Shown: one piece after another, positions 9,495 through 19,409 of the stretch
Layout: each line of letters starts with the position of its first letter
Position numbering within the stretch: position 1 is the first letter of the stretch
Assembly (NCBI GenBank): GCA_014240165.1
Contig: JAAZXM010000003.1
Coordinates: 26,347 to 90,346 of the forward strand
DNA from: Myxococcales bacterium
Lineage (GTDB): Bacteria; Myxococcota_A; UBA9160; UBA4427
Reading direction: 5' to 3'
DNA: 64,000 nucleotides
Notes under the pieces: generated by a model
The model's input: only the letters and a program-made list of their open reading frames with translations
Told to the model about the DNA's origin: nothing
Database searches by the model: none
Position numbers and translations under genes: made by a program

Positions 9495-10259
9495 ATGAAG
9501 CCGGTTTGTTTGGTGATGGGAGCGGGCGCAGGGATAGGCGCTACTACCGGCGCGCGCTTTGCGAAAGAGGGCTACCACGCTGTTCTATGCCGTCGGAGCG
9601 ATGCGGCTGGTCTGGAGAGCGCGGTGAAAGGCATCGAGAGTGAAGGCGGCTCCGCGTCGGGCTTTTTGCTCAACGCGATTGAACCGGATGTGATCGAGAC
9701 GCAAGTCGCCGAGATCGAAAATACGATCGGGCCCATCGAGGTCGTGATTTATAATCTGGGAGCGCAGATTGGCGATCGTTCCCTGCAAGATACGAGCTAC
9801 AAGGCCTTCGAATTGGGCTGGCGAATGGCGACCTTCGGCTTGTTTCGTGTTGCCTCGACGGTCTGTCCGCTCATGGAGGCAAGGGGTAAAGGCACCCTCA
9901 TCGTGACGTCAGCAACCGCTGCCGTAAGGGGAAATGGCGGACAGCATTCCCATGCCGCCGCCATGGGGGGTAGGAGAATGCTCTGCCAGTCTCTCAACGC
10001 TGAGTTCTCTTCCAAGGGAATTCATGTGGCTCACGTTCTGATCGACGGGGCGGTGGATGCGCCGGACACCTTGGGGAAGATGCTGGGTGCCGAGTTGTTT
10101 CAGAAAATGCGCGAAACGCGCGGAATGGAAAACGATGGCTTGATCTTGCCCGAGAAAGTCGCCGAGACCTATCTTCACCTGGCTCAGCAGCACCGATCGA
10201 CTTGGAGCTTCGAGGTGGATATTCGGTCCTTCTCGGACAGGCCCTGGTGGAACCACTAG
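9495..10259 (+). CDS. SDR family NAD(P)-dependent oxidoreductase
   Basis: AAGGAG RBS. GAGAGIG, TSATAAVRG and GIHVAHVLIDG motifs. Confidence 0.88.
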   Translation: MKPVCLVMGAGAGIGATTGARFAKEGYHAVLCRRSDAAGLESAVKGIESEGGSASGFLLNAIEPDVIETQVAEIENTIGPIEVVIYNLGAQIGDRSLQDTSYKAFELGWRMATFGLFRVASTVCPLMEARGKGTLIVTSATAAVRGNGGQHSHAAAMGGRRMLCQSLNAEFSSKGIHVAHVLIDGAVDAPDTLGKMLGAELFQKMRETRGMENDGLILPEKVAETYLHLAQQHRSTWSFEVDIRSFSDRPWWNH

Positions 10260-10356
10260 CGTCAGGTTCCGCGCACACAGGCGTCGGGGCTGGCTCATCC
10301 GGAGCGGGCTGAGGGGGCATGTCCGGCGAGAGAGCAGGAAACCTTGCCCGATGCCT

Positions 10357-11919
10357 CTAGGGTTCCGGAGTCTCGCGTTGGAAGACCCAGTAGACCCGCT
10401 TCCCAGTCGGGGCCTCGAAGGAAAAGCGTTCTTCGAGCGCGAAGCCCATCCCTGTGAGGGTGTTCCAGAATCGAATGCTCATCTGTTCGTAGTGGGCGAT
10501 GAATGTGCCGATCTCGTGCTCGGAATCCAGGAGGCGCAGGGTCCTCGAATTCGCGGGCACGAATGACCAGCGTACGGGATAGTGGGCAACCGCATAGTCA
10601 AGGGAGATCTCGAAAGGAGAGACCAGGAGTTTATCCCGGTCGATATCTATTCTTTCGAGCCGTTCGATCGCCCGGGCGCCGTAGTCTGACGACGTTGCAT
10701 CGGCCATGTCCAGGGAGATTCGGCCGCTCCAGAGCACGACCAGGGCAGCGATTGTCCAGGGCAGGAGAACTTTGAATTTGCGAAAGGGCCCTTCGCTAAT
10801 CCGCTCCCGGGCGTGAACAAACCAGCCAATCAGTACCGGGGAGGCGGCTATCGCGGCAAGGGGAAAAGTAAAAAGAGTCGACCGCACGCCGCGATAGTAA
10901 TTCCAGTCGTAGAGTGTGAACAGCATCCCGAAAACCGTGATCACCAGAAGTGCAGTTCCGATCGCCAGCTTGCGCTTGGCATTGAGAAGGCCGATTGCCG
11001 TCAGGGCGATCAGCCATAGAACGGGCTCCACAGCCTGCCAGCGCTCCGTCACACTGTTCCCGATGATTTGGAAGTTGCGAATTACGTTCCAGAAAATCTT
11101 GGAGGTCCACTCCCATGCCGAGGGAGCGAGCGGTGGGGGAAAAGCGTTGGCGTAGTTGAACTGGCCCACGAGAGGCCAGGTCAGGGGCAGGGATCCCTTT
11201 CCCGAAGCGATTTGAATCGCCATCACCAGGGATAAGGTGCAGAGAGAGCCAAGGACGGCGATGGCAGCATTTGCCCAAGGTCGGAAGCGCCCCTCCTGGA
11301 TCGAGAGCAGCGCCATGGGGATGACGAGCAGCGCGCCTGTTTCCCGGATCAGGAAAGGGGGGATCAGTAGAAAAGGAATCCAGAGTGCACGGGAGCGCAC
11401 CGGGAGATGGGCAAATACGCAAAAGGACAAGACGCAACACGCAATGAAAAGCATTTGGGGCATGGCCGTGAAGGCAAAGAGGCCGTTCATCGGGAGCGCA
11501 ATGAAAATGGCCGCTGCCAATCCGCCCGAGGGTGCGCCAAAGAAACGACGCCCAATCAGGAAAATGCCCACAGCGGCAATGATGAAGGAGAGCAGGGCGG
11601 GGGCTCTCCAAACCATGGGGCCGTCGCCGAATAATTGATAGGCGGTAGCCAGGGCGTAGTAGGTACCCGGCATGTAGAGGCGCCAATTGGGCTCTTCCAC
11701 ATAGGCGGGGTAGACGAGGTGGCTGCGGAGTTCCCCGGTATCCGCCAGCCAGCGGGCGGTGGTGATGTAGCCCGCCTGGTCGTTGAAGCCGAAGCCGTGG
11801 CCTTCGACCAGGAGTTGATCCGTCGTGTAGATGGTCGACAAAGCGCACAATACAGTCAGCGCGCAGAGTGCTACGCAAATCGAGCCGAGGAGACCCTCTT
11901 GGGCGGATGGTTCTCTCAT
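10357..11919 (-). CDS. GT-C fold membrane glycosyltransferase (ArnT/PMT-like, family 39/83-like)
   Basis: About 10-12 TM segments. FNDQAGY loop after TM1, YMPGTYY and RETG motifs. Confidence 0.7.
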   Translation of the reverse strand: MREPSAQEGLLGSICVALCALTVLCALSTIYTTDQLLVEGHGFGFNDQAGYITTARWLADTGELRSHLVYPAYVEEPNWRLYMPGTYYALATAYQLFGDGPMVWRAPALLSFIIAAVGIFLIGRRFFGAPSGGLAAAIFIALPMNGLFAFTAMPQMLFIACCVLSFCVFAHLPVRSRALWIPFLLIPPFLIRETGALLVIPMALLSIQEGRFRPWANAAIAVLGSLCTLSLVMAIQIASGKGSLPLTWPLVGQFNYANAFPPPLAPSAWEWTSKIFWNVIRNFQIIGNSVTERWQAVEPVLWLIALTAIGLLNAKRKLAIGTALLVITVFGMLFTLYDWNYYRGVRSTLFTFPLAAIAASPVLIGWFVHARERISEGPFRKFKVLLPWTIAALVVLWSGRISLDMADATSSDYGARAIERLERIDIDRDKLLVSPFEISLDYAVAHYPVRWSFVPANSRTLRLLDSEHEIGTFIAHYEQMSIRFWNTLTGMGFALEERFSFEAPTGKRVYWVFQRETPEP

Positions 11920-11928
11920 GGTCAGCGA

Positions 11929-13515
11929 CTAGTCCTCCCACTCGGGGGGGTCGTCGACACTCAGGTAGCCCAGCGCCCCTAATGCCTCGCGGCTTTCGGG
12001 ATCGATCTCGTCAAGTGTGTTCGCATGCTCTTGGCGCACGCCGCTTCTCTTCGCAACGACCGCGCGAAGGGTAGCGAGTACCGATGGGTCGACCGCGTCG
12101 ACGGCGAGGGGTTGCTGTTCGTCGGGATCATTGAGGATGTCAAAGATCTCCTCACGTACCAGTTCGCCTTCGCTTGTCGTGCTCTGGATCAACTTGTAGC
12201 GAGGGCCTACGGCAGCCTTGAGGGCCACTTCGTATCTATCCAATTGCTTGCTTGACCGAATCCTTTCGAATACGTCGAGCGAAATCTTCGGATATGCCAA
12301 GGACGCCTCGAGCACTCGATGCTCGGGCAAGGGCTGGCGTAGATCCACGCCGGAGGCGTGCTCGGATGGTGTGATGCCCGCCGCTCCAAGCGCAGTTGTG
12401 TAGATGTCTCCGATTTGTACAAGCGTCTTTTCGACGGATCCGGGCGAAAAGCCGGGCCCGCGTGCAAGGAGAGGAATGCGCAGGTTGCTGTCGTAGAGGT
12501 TGAAAAAGTGACCAACATGACCGTGATCCCCCAGGTTCTCTCCGTGATCGGAGAGGATGAAGACAAGGGTATTGTCGGGGTCACTCTGTTCATCTACGGC
12601 TGAGACGATGGCGTTCGTAATCGCGTCTGTAAGTTTGAGCGTTCCGTCGTACATCGAGGCGAGCGTCTGCCATTCGTCGGGCGAGAGAGGGTCTTTTCTG
12701 AAGTAGTGGCGAAGAAGAAGACGCATTGTATTCGCAGCCGGGTAGTAGTCCCGAATCGCTTCGAAGCGGGCCTGGCGCGAGGGCAGAAAATCGCGAGCCG
12801 AGTCCCAATCGGGCAAGTAGGGCAGATGGGGATCAACGAGGTTGACGAAGAGAAAATAGGGGCGCGACTCGTCTCGGTCCTCATCGAGCCAACGCAGAAC
12901 TTGCCGAGCAACGTAATGTGTCTCGGGTGGTCGCGAGACGCCTTCTCGGTCCGAGGCGAGGCTCAGGATATGCTTCGGATAGATTCCCTTGTTGAGGTTC
13001 TCGTAATGTTCGAAGCCGCGATGAAGGCCGGAAAGCTCGCTTACCCACATATTCGCGCTGAAAGCGGCGGTCTGATAGCCGGCGTCATCGAGCTGTTCCG
13101 CGAGGAGCGGAAGCGCGCTGTTGACCGAAGGAAGCAGTTGGGTAGCTCCGTGGACTTCGGGCCCTGCTCCGGTAAAGAGCGATGCGTGGGCAGGGAGTGT
13201 CCAACTCGAAGACGAGTAGGCACGATCGAAGCGCGTGCCCTCGGCGGCGAAGGACTCGAGGAAAGGGGAGGTCGGGTTGGGGCTTCCATAGACCGACAAG
13301 CGATCCGGCCTCACGGTGTCCTGGACAAGAATCACGATATTGGGCCCGGTGGGCGCCTTGCCGCAGGCGAGTGAGCCGAAGAGGAGGACCAGCGCCCCAA
13401 TCCAGACAAGGTTCTTCAGCACCTGAGGCTTCCTTGGATGCGAAGAGCGCCTGTTCTCTACCGCGCGTGGTTGCCGCCGAAAGCGAAGAGGGGCCGGAAG
13501 CGGGTTCAGGCTCAA
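11929..13515 (-). CDS. Sulfatase-like hydrolase/transferase (alkaline phosphatase superfamily), probable lipoprotein; start uncertain
   Basis: PNIVILVQDTVRPD, SSSWTLPAHASLFTG, DPHLPY, SDHGE and C-terminal LGALGYL motifs. Lipobox-like SLAC. Confidence 0.85.
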   Translation of the reverse strand: MSLNPLPAPLRFRRQPRAVENRRSSHPRKPQVLKNLVWIGALVLLFGSLACGKAPTGPNIVILVQDTVRPDRLSVYGSPNPTSPFLESFAAEGTRFDRAYSSSSWTLPAHASLFTGAGPEVHGATQLLPSVNSALPLLAEQLDDAGYQTAAFSANMWVSELSGLHRGFEHYENLNKGIYPKHILSLASDREGVSRPPETHYVARQVLRWLDEDRDESRPYFLFVNLVDPHLPYLPDWDSARDFLPSRQARFEAIRDYYPAANTMRLLLRHYFRKDPLSPDEWQTLASMYDGTLKLTDAITNAIVSAVDEQSDPDNTLVFILSDHGENLGDHGHVGHFFNLYDSNLRIPLLARGPGFSPGSVEKTLVQIGDIYTTALGAAGITPSEHASGVDLRQPLPEHRVLEASLAYPKISLDVFERIRSSKQLDRYEVALKAAVGPRYKLIQSTTSEGELVREEIFDILNDPDEQQPLAVDAVDPSVLATLRAVVAKRSGVRQEHANTLDEIDPESREALGALGYLSVDDPPEWED

Positions 13516-13746
13516 CCGTTCTTCTCCTCGATTTCACGGGGGGCTACGGGACGTTCCTGCTTCGGGTGGATGTTGTCGTAAAACGGGCCAGACGACCACC
13601 TCCGGCCGCGAAGTTCTGGTCGATGTAATCGGCGTTGGATGAGAATGAGTATCGAATTCGGGGCCAGATGTTCGGGCCTGGGGCTTCGCGGCGCGTGGCA
13701 CCCGATGGATTGATGATCCGAGGGACAAAAAGGGTACAGTGCCTGG

Positions 13747-14646
13747 GTGGCAAGATTTTTCGAAAACCTGATCGCGCGGGGTACGTTTCCCCTGGCCATA
13801 GTCGGCTGCATCGCAGCCGCTATAGTGCAAATGCGGGCCGGAGTTGCGGTCGAGGTCGCGACTTCGACGACGATTCTTGGGGCGTACGTATTCCTGGCCG
13901 CCCTCGAGCGATTTTTCCCTCTGCACCCGGAATGGTCCATATCCCACGGCGATGGTCGCGCGGATCTGGGGCTGGGTATTACCAATGCTGCCCTCACTTT
14001 TGCCGTGCAGCCCGTGCTTCTGGGTCTTGGCGCGGGCCTAGCGGGATGGCTCGCCGTAAATTTCGGCGGGTCGCTCTGGCCCAATTCATGGCCCCTTGCA
14101 CTGCAACTGATTCCGGCCCTGCTGCTGGCGGAACTCTTCGAGTACACATGCCACCGCGCGATGCACGAAGTGCCCTGGCTTTGGCGGATCCACGCTCCTC
14201 ATCACAGCGCGACTCGGCTTTATTGGTTCAATGCTCTTCGTTTCCACCCGCTGGATACTCTTCTGGTGGGACCGGGCAAGCTGATCCCCCTGGTGGCGCT
14301 TGGCGCGGGTGAGCAATTGCTCGCTCTGGTCATCGTATTTGCAGCGGTACACGGTTCGTGTCAGCACGCCAATATTCCGTGCCGAATCGGTCCATTGAAT
14401 TGGGTATTCAGCATGGCGGAATTGCATCGCTGGCATCACTCCCCCATCGCCGCGGAGGCCAACCACAACTATGGGGGCAACTTGATTGTTTGGGATATCG
14501 TCTTCGGTACCCGGTGGCTGCCCGAGGGCCGCGAACCGCCGGTTCGGACGGGGATAGAAGAGTTGCCGAGTTTTCCCCGAACCTATCGCGCGCTGATGGG
14601 CGCTCCGTTTCGCTGGCGGGAAATTCTGCGAGAAGGTGGCCGATAG
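13747..14646 (+). CDS. Sterol desaturase / fatty acid hydroxylase family protein
   Basis: His boxes HRAMH, HAPHH, HANI and HRWHH, plus NYG...WDIVFGT. Confidence 0.92.
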   Translation: MARFFENLIARGTFPLAIVGCIAAAIVQMRAGVAVEVATSTTILGAYVFLAALERFFPLHPEWSISHGDGRADLGLGITNAALTFAVQPVLLGLGAGLAGWLAVNFGGSLWPNSWPLALQLIPALLLAELFEYTCHRAMHEVPWLWRIHAPHHSATRLYWFNALRFHPLDTLLVGPGKLIPLVALGAGEQLLALVIVFAAVHGSCQHANIPCRIGPLNWVFSMAELHRWHHSPIAAEANHNYGGNLIVWDIVFGTRWLPEGREPPVRTGIEELPSFPRTYRALMGAPFRWREILREGGR

Positions 14647-14708
14647 AAGTTGGCCGATAGAACTTTGCCGATAGAACTTTGCCGATAGAACTTTGCCGAT
14701 AGAACTTG
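14639..14708. repeat. Tandem repeat, 5 x 14 bp (GCCGATAGAACTTT consensus)
   Basis: gccgatagaagttg / gccgatagaacttt x3 / gccgatagaacttg. The first unit contains the desaturase stop codon. Confidence 0.95.
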
Positions 14709-14805
14709 GGGATTTATGAGGTGGGCCCAGCGGTCGACTCAGGCTTGAATTGGGTCTGGTCTGGCAGGGGGCAGGGTCGGCGAACGGGAAAAAGGGGAAA
14801 GAGAA

Positions 14806-15126
14806 ATGGGCTGGGGTTTCTTGCTTATCGCGGTGGTCTTGGAGGTCGCGTGGGCTTCCACGATGAAATGGACAGATGGGTATACGCGCCCTGGCCCGAC
14901 TGCAGTGAACTTCCTTCTCAGTACCGCCAACCTCGTCGTGTTGGCTCAGGCCATGAAGGTTCTGCCTACCGCGTTGGCGTATTCCGTTTGGACGGGGTTG
15001 GGCGCTGTGGGCGTTGCGTTGGTCGCCTTCTGGTTTCAGGGCGAGCCTTTTGGCGCAGCCAAAGCGGCCTGTATTGGAATGATTGCCCTCGGTGTGATTG
15101 GGCTGAAGGGATTGAGCCCGGCTTGA
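14806..15126 (+). CDS. SMR family small multidrug/guanidinium exporter (SugE/Gdx-like)
   Basis: 106 aa with 4 TM helices. LEVAWA (E13), AYSVWTGLG and GVIGLK motifs. Confidence 0.9.
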   Translation: MGWGFLLIAVVLEVAWASTMKWTDGYTRPGPTAVNFLLSTANLVVLAQAMKVLPTALAYSVWTGLGAVGVALVAFWFQGEPFGAAKAACIGMIALGVIGLKGLSPA

Positions 15127-15209
15127 TGGGGAAGGGCTAGCTGGCTACTGAAGCGCGTGTGCCTTGTCGGGCCGAGAGCGAGGGCGCGCTGACACAAAGG
15201 AAGGTTGAG

Positions 15210-16238
15210 ATGGAGATTGCGAGCGGCGGGCCCGAGAAAGGCGCTGCGCCTCTGAGGCTGATCGGTATCGAAATGTCACCCTACTCGCTCAAGGTGCGTA
15301 GTTATCTTCGCTACAAGCGAATTCCCTTCGAATGGATCGGCCGGAATAGAAGAACCGAGGCGCTATTTCAAAAACATGCCCGGGTGCAATTGATCCCCCT
15401 TGTCCTTTTTTCGGATACCGACTCGATGCAGGATTCCACGCCGATCATCGAACGACTCGAAGCAGAGTACCCTGAGCCCAGTATTCACCCCCCGGTGCCA
15501 GCTGCGCGCTTTGTTTCCGCGTTGCTCGAAGAGTTCGGAGACGAATGGTGCAACAAGCTCATGTTCCAATACCGTTGGGGGCCGAAGGAGGACGCCCGGT
15601 CCGCAGCGCGTCGAATTTCCGCCCTGATGATGCCTGCTTTCCCGATGAATATATTGCGGCCCTTGATTGTTCCGTTCATGATCCGGCGCATGGTGCCGCG
15701 AATGGCATTTGCCGGGGCGAATTCCACGAATGCGCCGCATCTCGAGCGTTCCTGGGTTCGGACGGTTGAGCTCCTTGAGGCGCATTTGGAGAAGCGACTC
15801 TATCTTTTTGGCGGTCGGCCGGCGTTTGCCGATTTCGGTATTTGGGGAAATCTGAACCAGGCGTACTCGGACCCTTCATGTGGTCGGCATTTGCGCCATA
15901 ACGCGCCAGCCGTCATACGCTGGATCGAGCGGATGGATTCTCCTTCCCTTGAAGGCCCCTTCGAGTCGATCAACGCATTGGCACCGACGCTATGCCCGCT
16001 CCTGGAGGAGCAGGTGGCGGGCCGTTTCCTGCCCTGGACGGAGGCGAACGCCAAGGCGTTGGAGGCGGGCGAAAAGGAGACGGCCCTCGAATTCGACGGC
16101 CAGCCCTACGTCCAGAAAACATTCAAATACCACGCCTGGTCTTTGGGAGAGTTGAGGGGGAAATTCGAGGCAATGTCCGGCGACTCAGAGCTGCGCGACT
16201 TGCTCGAGCGAACGGGCTGCGCACCTTATTTTTCTTGA
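15210..16238 (+). CDS. Glutathione S-transferase family protein
   Basis: SPYSLKVRSYLRYK, MQDSTPII and YLFGGRPAFADFG motifs. Confidence 0.88.
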   Translation: MEIASGGPEKGAAPLRLIGIEMSPYSLKVRSYLRYKRIPFEWIGRNRRTEALFQKHARVQLIPLVLFSDTDSMQDSTPIIERLEAEYPEPSIHPPVPAARFVSALLEEFGDEWCNKLMFQYRWGPKEDARSAARRISALMMPAFPMNILRPLIVPFMIRRMVPRMAFAGANSTNAPHLERSWVRTVELLEAHLEKRLYLFGGRPAFADFGIWGNLNQAYSDPSCGRHLRHNAPAVIRWIERMDSPSLEGPFESINALAPTLCPLLEEQVAGRFLPWTEANAKALEAGEKETALEFDGQPYVQKTFKYHAWSLGELRGKFEAMSGDSELRDLLERTGCAPYFS

Positions 16239-16411
16239 CGTACGGGGACAGGCGCTTCTCTGGTTTCTGAGTCGAGGTTGGCTGCCTTGCGAGATTTCGA
16301 CTGCGCCGCGCGCGAGTGCATCGATGGCCTGTCGATGCATTGGCTGAATGGGAGCATGGAACCTTGCTCATGGTACTATCTCGCTCGCATGGAGATGATG
16401 GGATTCACCGG

Positions 16412-17428
16412 GTGAGCGCCGCGGACACGGGAGCCGGTTCTGGGCGCTTCGCCGAGGTCGACGCGCTGAAGGGCGTAGGCATTCTTCTCGTGGTTCTGAT
16501 CCACTCTCTGCGCCCCAGTTGGGACCCCGGAATTTCCGGCGCCGAACTCTGGCTTGGTTCTATTACCCGTTTCGCTGTCCCCGGATTTTTTGCTGCGTCC
16601 GGGTATCTCTACGCCACGGGTCAGCCCATTGCAGGCGCGGTCGTTGGCCGCAGGCTCTTGCGGCTATTCGTTCCCTACGCGGTGGCCTCGTTGGCGGCCC
16701 AGGCCTTTTTTTGGGTGACTTCGAGTCCGCCCAAAACAGGTGCCGTGTGGAGCGATCTCCTGCTCGCTGCGTCTTTCGGCGCGTATTATTTCGTGTTGAT
16801 ACTCGCGCTCTTCATCGTTTGCTCGCCTCTGTTGGCAAGAATGGGAAGCCGAAGCGTGGCTATCCTCCTGATCCCGCTCCTGATTGCTCAGTGGTTGATG
16901 GAAACGGGCACCGTCCCGTCCGCGAGTTTCTTCTGGCACCTGCGCAATCCCTTTCTCTGGGCTGGCTATTTTGTCCTCGGCTGGTGGGTTCGACTGCATC
17001 ACGATGCGATCGTGGCAGCGGTGGCTCGAAAGCGTGGGCAGTGGATCGGGGTGATGTTGGTGGCGTGGTTGCTCCTGATCACAACCCTGGCTTTTTCGTC
17101 GGGGATGGCTCTCATGGTTATCAGTTCCACGGCTTGGCTGACGATTTTCGTCAGCGTCGCTCTGGTTTTTGTTGTTTCGGCGGGACGCGATCTTCCCGCC
17201 ACGGTTCGTCCAGCGCTGGGTTGGCTCAGCGATGCGAGCTACCCCCTATACCTATTCCATCTCTTCTTTCTCAGCCTGGTCGCTCCCGCGATGGGCATGG
17301 GTAAAGGGCAGTTCGAGGCGGGAAAGCTCTTGGCGGTCTGGGCCTCCGGCGTAGTGGGCCCCATCGTGCTTCTCTGGTTGGGGCGCAGACTGCTTGGGAG
17401 CCGGTCTCGGCTGCTATTTGGCGCTTGA
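16412..17428 (+). CDS. Acyltransferase family 3 (OafA-like membrane O-acyltransferase); start uncertain (16316-16412)
   Basis: DALKGVGILLVVLIH, FAVPGFFAASGY, RRLLRLFVPY and SYPLYLFH motifs. Confidence 0.88.
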   Translation: MSAADTGAGSGRFAEVDALKGVGILLVVLIHSLRPSWDPGISGAELWLGSITRFAVPGFFAASGYLYATGQPIAGAVVGRRLLRLFVPYAVASLAAQAFFWVTSSPPKTGAVWSDLLLAASFGAYYFVLILALFIVCSPLLARMGSRSVAILLIPLLIAQWLMETGTVPSASFFWHLRNPFLWAGYFVLGWWVRLHHDAIVAAVARKRGQWIGVMLVAWLLLITTLAFSSGMALMVISSTAWLTIFVSVALVFVVSAGRDLPATVRPALGWLSDASYPLYLFHLFFLSLVAPAMGMGKGQFEAGKLLAVWASGVVGPIVLLWLGRRLLGSRSRLLFGA

Positions 17429-19102
17429 GCTGAGCGCGCTCGTGGATTCGCTGACGGGATCAGTCGGTCCATCCCAGGGCCTTCGCACGGGCTTTCCGGG
17501 TTTTGCATCGAGGTCGAGTTCCCCGTTCCGAATGACGGGAACCCCGCTCACGATGACGTGGCGCATCCCCTCGCTCACCGGCCGCGGGGCCTGGAGGGTT
17601 GCGCGCACCCGAATCTCCGACAAGTCGAAGACGACAAGATCCGCATCGGCGCCCAATTGGATGCGGCCTTTTTTCTTCATGGCCGGGACTTGGCTCTCGA
17701 GGGCACGAGCAGGGTTGTATGCCCCCATTCGAAAAGCGTCCATCAGGCTGAACTCGTTCCACTCTCGCACCCAGAGTTCGAGGAAGCGCGTATAGGTCGC
17801 GACACCGCGTGGATGGGCCCAGGCCTCTTCGGGCAGGGGCCACGCATCCCCGGGAATCAGGCGACCCTGACGGTCGCTCCAGGGCATGGCATCCGAGGCC
17901 AGGACGATGCCAGGAAAGTCGAAGGATTCGCGCTGGGTGGCGCGGTGTTCGAGATTTTGCTCCGAATCCCGGTGGAGAAGGAAGATCATCGCAGCGGGGT
18001 CTTTGGCGCGCAGGTCGGCGAGTTCGGCATCGTCGGCGATGGGCCGACCGTAGTAGAGGATGTCGGATGGGACGAAGCCGCGACTGAAGTGGGGGAGTTC
18101 TTCGGGCGCCAGGAATTCCGCTCCCAGGACGGTCGAGCCCGTTTCTGCCACGAGTGCTTCCACGTCGATCCACGCACCTTTCGCCTGGGCTGCGGCGATC
18201 ATGGGCAGGGTGGTTTGCACCGTTGCGAGAGAGATGTGGCAAACGTACCAATGAGCCCCTGTGGTAATGGCATTCGAGATAATCTCTTGGATCGCCGCAA
18301 CATCCCCACCTGGATCTGCGCCGCCCCAGAAACGGGGGTGACTCATGATGGGGACGTTCTGGCGAGCAGCCAGGCGCGAAAGCGCCCTGATTTCCGAGTG
18401 GGGAACGCCGGGCGCGTAGCCGTGAGTCAAGCCGATCCCCAAGGCGCCTTGCTCGAGTCCCGCCTTCAGGAGTGCAAGAATTTCAGCTTCCTGTGTAGGG
18501 CTCGCCGCTCGTGTCCAAGCATTGTTCCTGACTCCTTGAAGGTAGGCCGCCAGGCTGCCATCGGGCGTGATGCCTCCGAGGATTTGCATGCGCGCGAGTC
18601 CCCAACTGGCAGTCCATCCGTAGTGGGTGGCTCGTCCTTCACGGGCTGCGCGCGCATAGGCCGCGGCCACGGGCAGTTGTCCGACTTCGGCTTCGATGGC
18701 GGTCGTGACCCCATCAAAGAGTTGGAGGCGGCCGCTGAGCAGGGTGCCGCCATGCGCATGGAGGTCGATAAAGCCAGGGCCGACGACCATGTCCGTGGCG
18801 TCGATGATGTCCCGTCCCGATAAAGGGGCTGGCGAGAGAGCCGCGATTCTTCCCGCCTGAATTCCCACATTGAGATATTTTTCTGTACCCGAAGCGGGAT
18901 CGAGCACTCGGCCGCCCTGGATGACAAGGTCGTAGCTCGCGCTCCAAGCGTTGGGGGTGGCCAGGCCGATGTAGGCGGTGATGGCCAACATCTGCCGAAG
19001 GCGACTCGATCCTGGGAATGAGCGGGTGGGCAGGCGCTTCGGCTCGCGCCGAAATTGGCTTCGCTTCGCGACTTGCCGCAAAAACCCCCGCAGGATCGCC
19101 AT
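17414..19102 (-). CDS. Amidohydrolase (D-aminoacylase/D-glutamate deacylase-like), possibly exported; start uncertain
   Basis: YDLVIQGGRVLDP, PGFIDLHAH, ASDAM, AHPRG and KGRIQLGADADLVVFD motifs. Confidence 0.85.
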   Translation of the reverse strand: MAILRGFLRQVAKRSQFRREPKRLPTRSFPGSSRLRQMLAITAYIGLATPNAWSASYDLVIQGGRVLDPASGTEKYLNVGIQAGRIAALSPAPLSGRDIIDATDMVVGPGFIDLHAHGGTLLSGRLQLFDGVTTAIEAEVGQLPVAAAYARAAREGRATHYGWTASWGLARMQILGGITPDGSLAAYLQGVRNNAWTRAASPTQEAEILALLKAGLEQGALGIGLTHGYAPGVPHSEIRALSRLAARQNVPIMSHPRFWGGADPGGDVAAIQEIISNAITTGAHWYVCHISLATVQTTLPMIAAAQAKGAWIDVEALVAETGSTVLGAEFLAPEELPHFSRGFVPSDILYYGRPIADDAELADLRAKDPAAMIFLLHRDSEQNLEHRATQRESFDFPGIVLASDAMPWSDRQGRLIPGDAWPLPEEAWAHPRGVATYTRFLELWVREWNEFSLMDAFRMGAYNPARALESQVPAMKKKGRIQLGADADLVVFDLSEIRVRATLQAPRPVSEGMRHVIVSGVPVIRNGELDLDAKPGKPVRRPWDGPTDPVSESTSALSSSAK

Positions 19103-19409
19103 GGCTGGGTACGCTAAGCGCACTGGACGCATTCGGCAAGTCCGCGAATTCGCTCGTCGGGCGCCGAGCGGTGCTGGAGTCGGGCCCCGGCCGCCCCCGG
19201 GCCCGCGAAACAAGCTGGCTCCCTGATTGGTGGGCGAATCCAGGCGGTGCTAAGGGTGGTTCCCACATGACTGGGTCGCGCGGCTGTCGAATGTTGCTGG
19301 TTTTGACTCGACGTTGCCTTCGATCTTGGATTGTTCTCCGCCTGAAAACTGCATAACCCTTTACGTACTTTGCTCTTGCTGAATCAGCTGATCTCAAGGA
19401 GATTTGATA

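Noticed and set aside
14639-14708. Possible mini-CRISPR
   Set aside because: The units are directly adjacent, 14 bp long, with no spacers and no cas genes.
14709-14805. Guanidine riboswitch expected upstream of a Gdx-like SMR
   Set aside because: No twin ACGR-loop hairpins or other ykkC-type consensus are visible.
19227-19400. Possible structured ncRNA (caggcgg...ccgcctg long-range complement)
   Set aside because: There is only a 7-bp match in GC-rich DNA and no recognisable RNA family.
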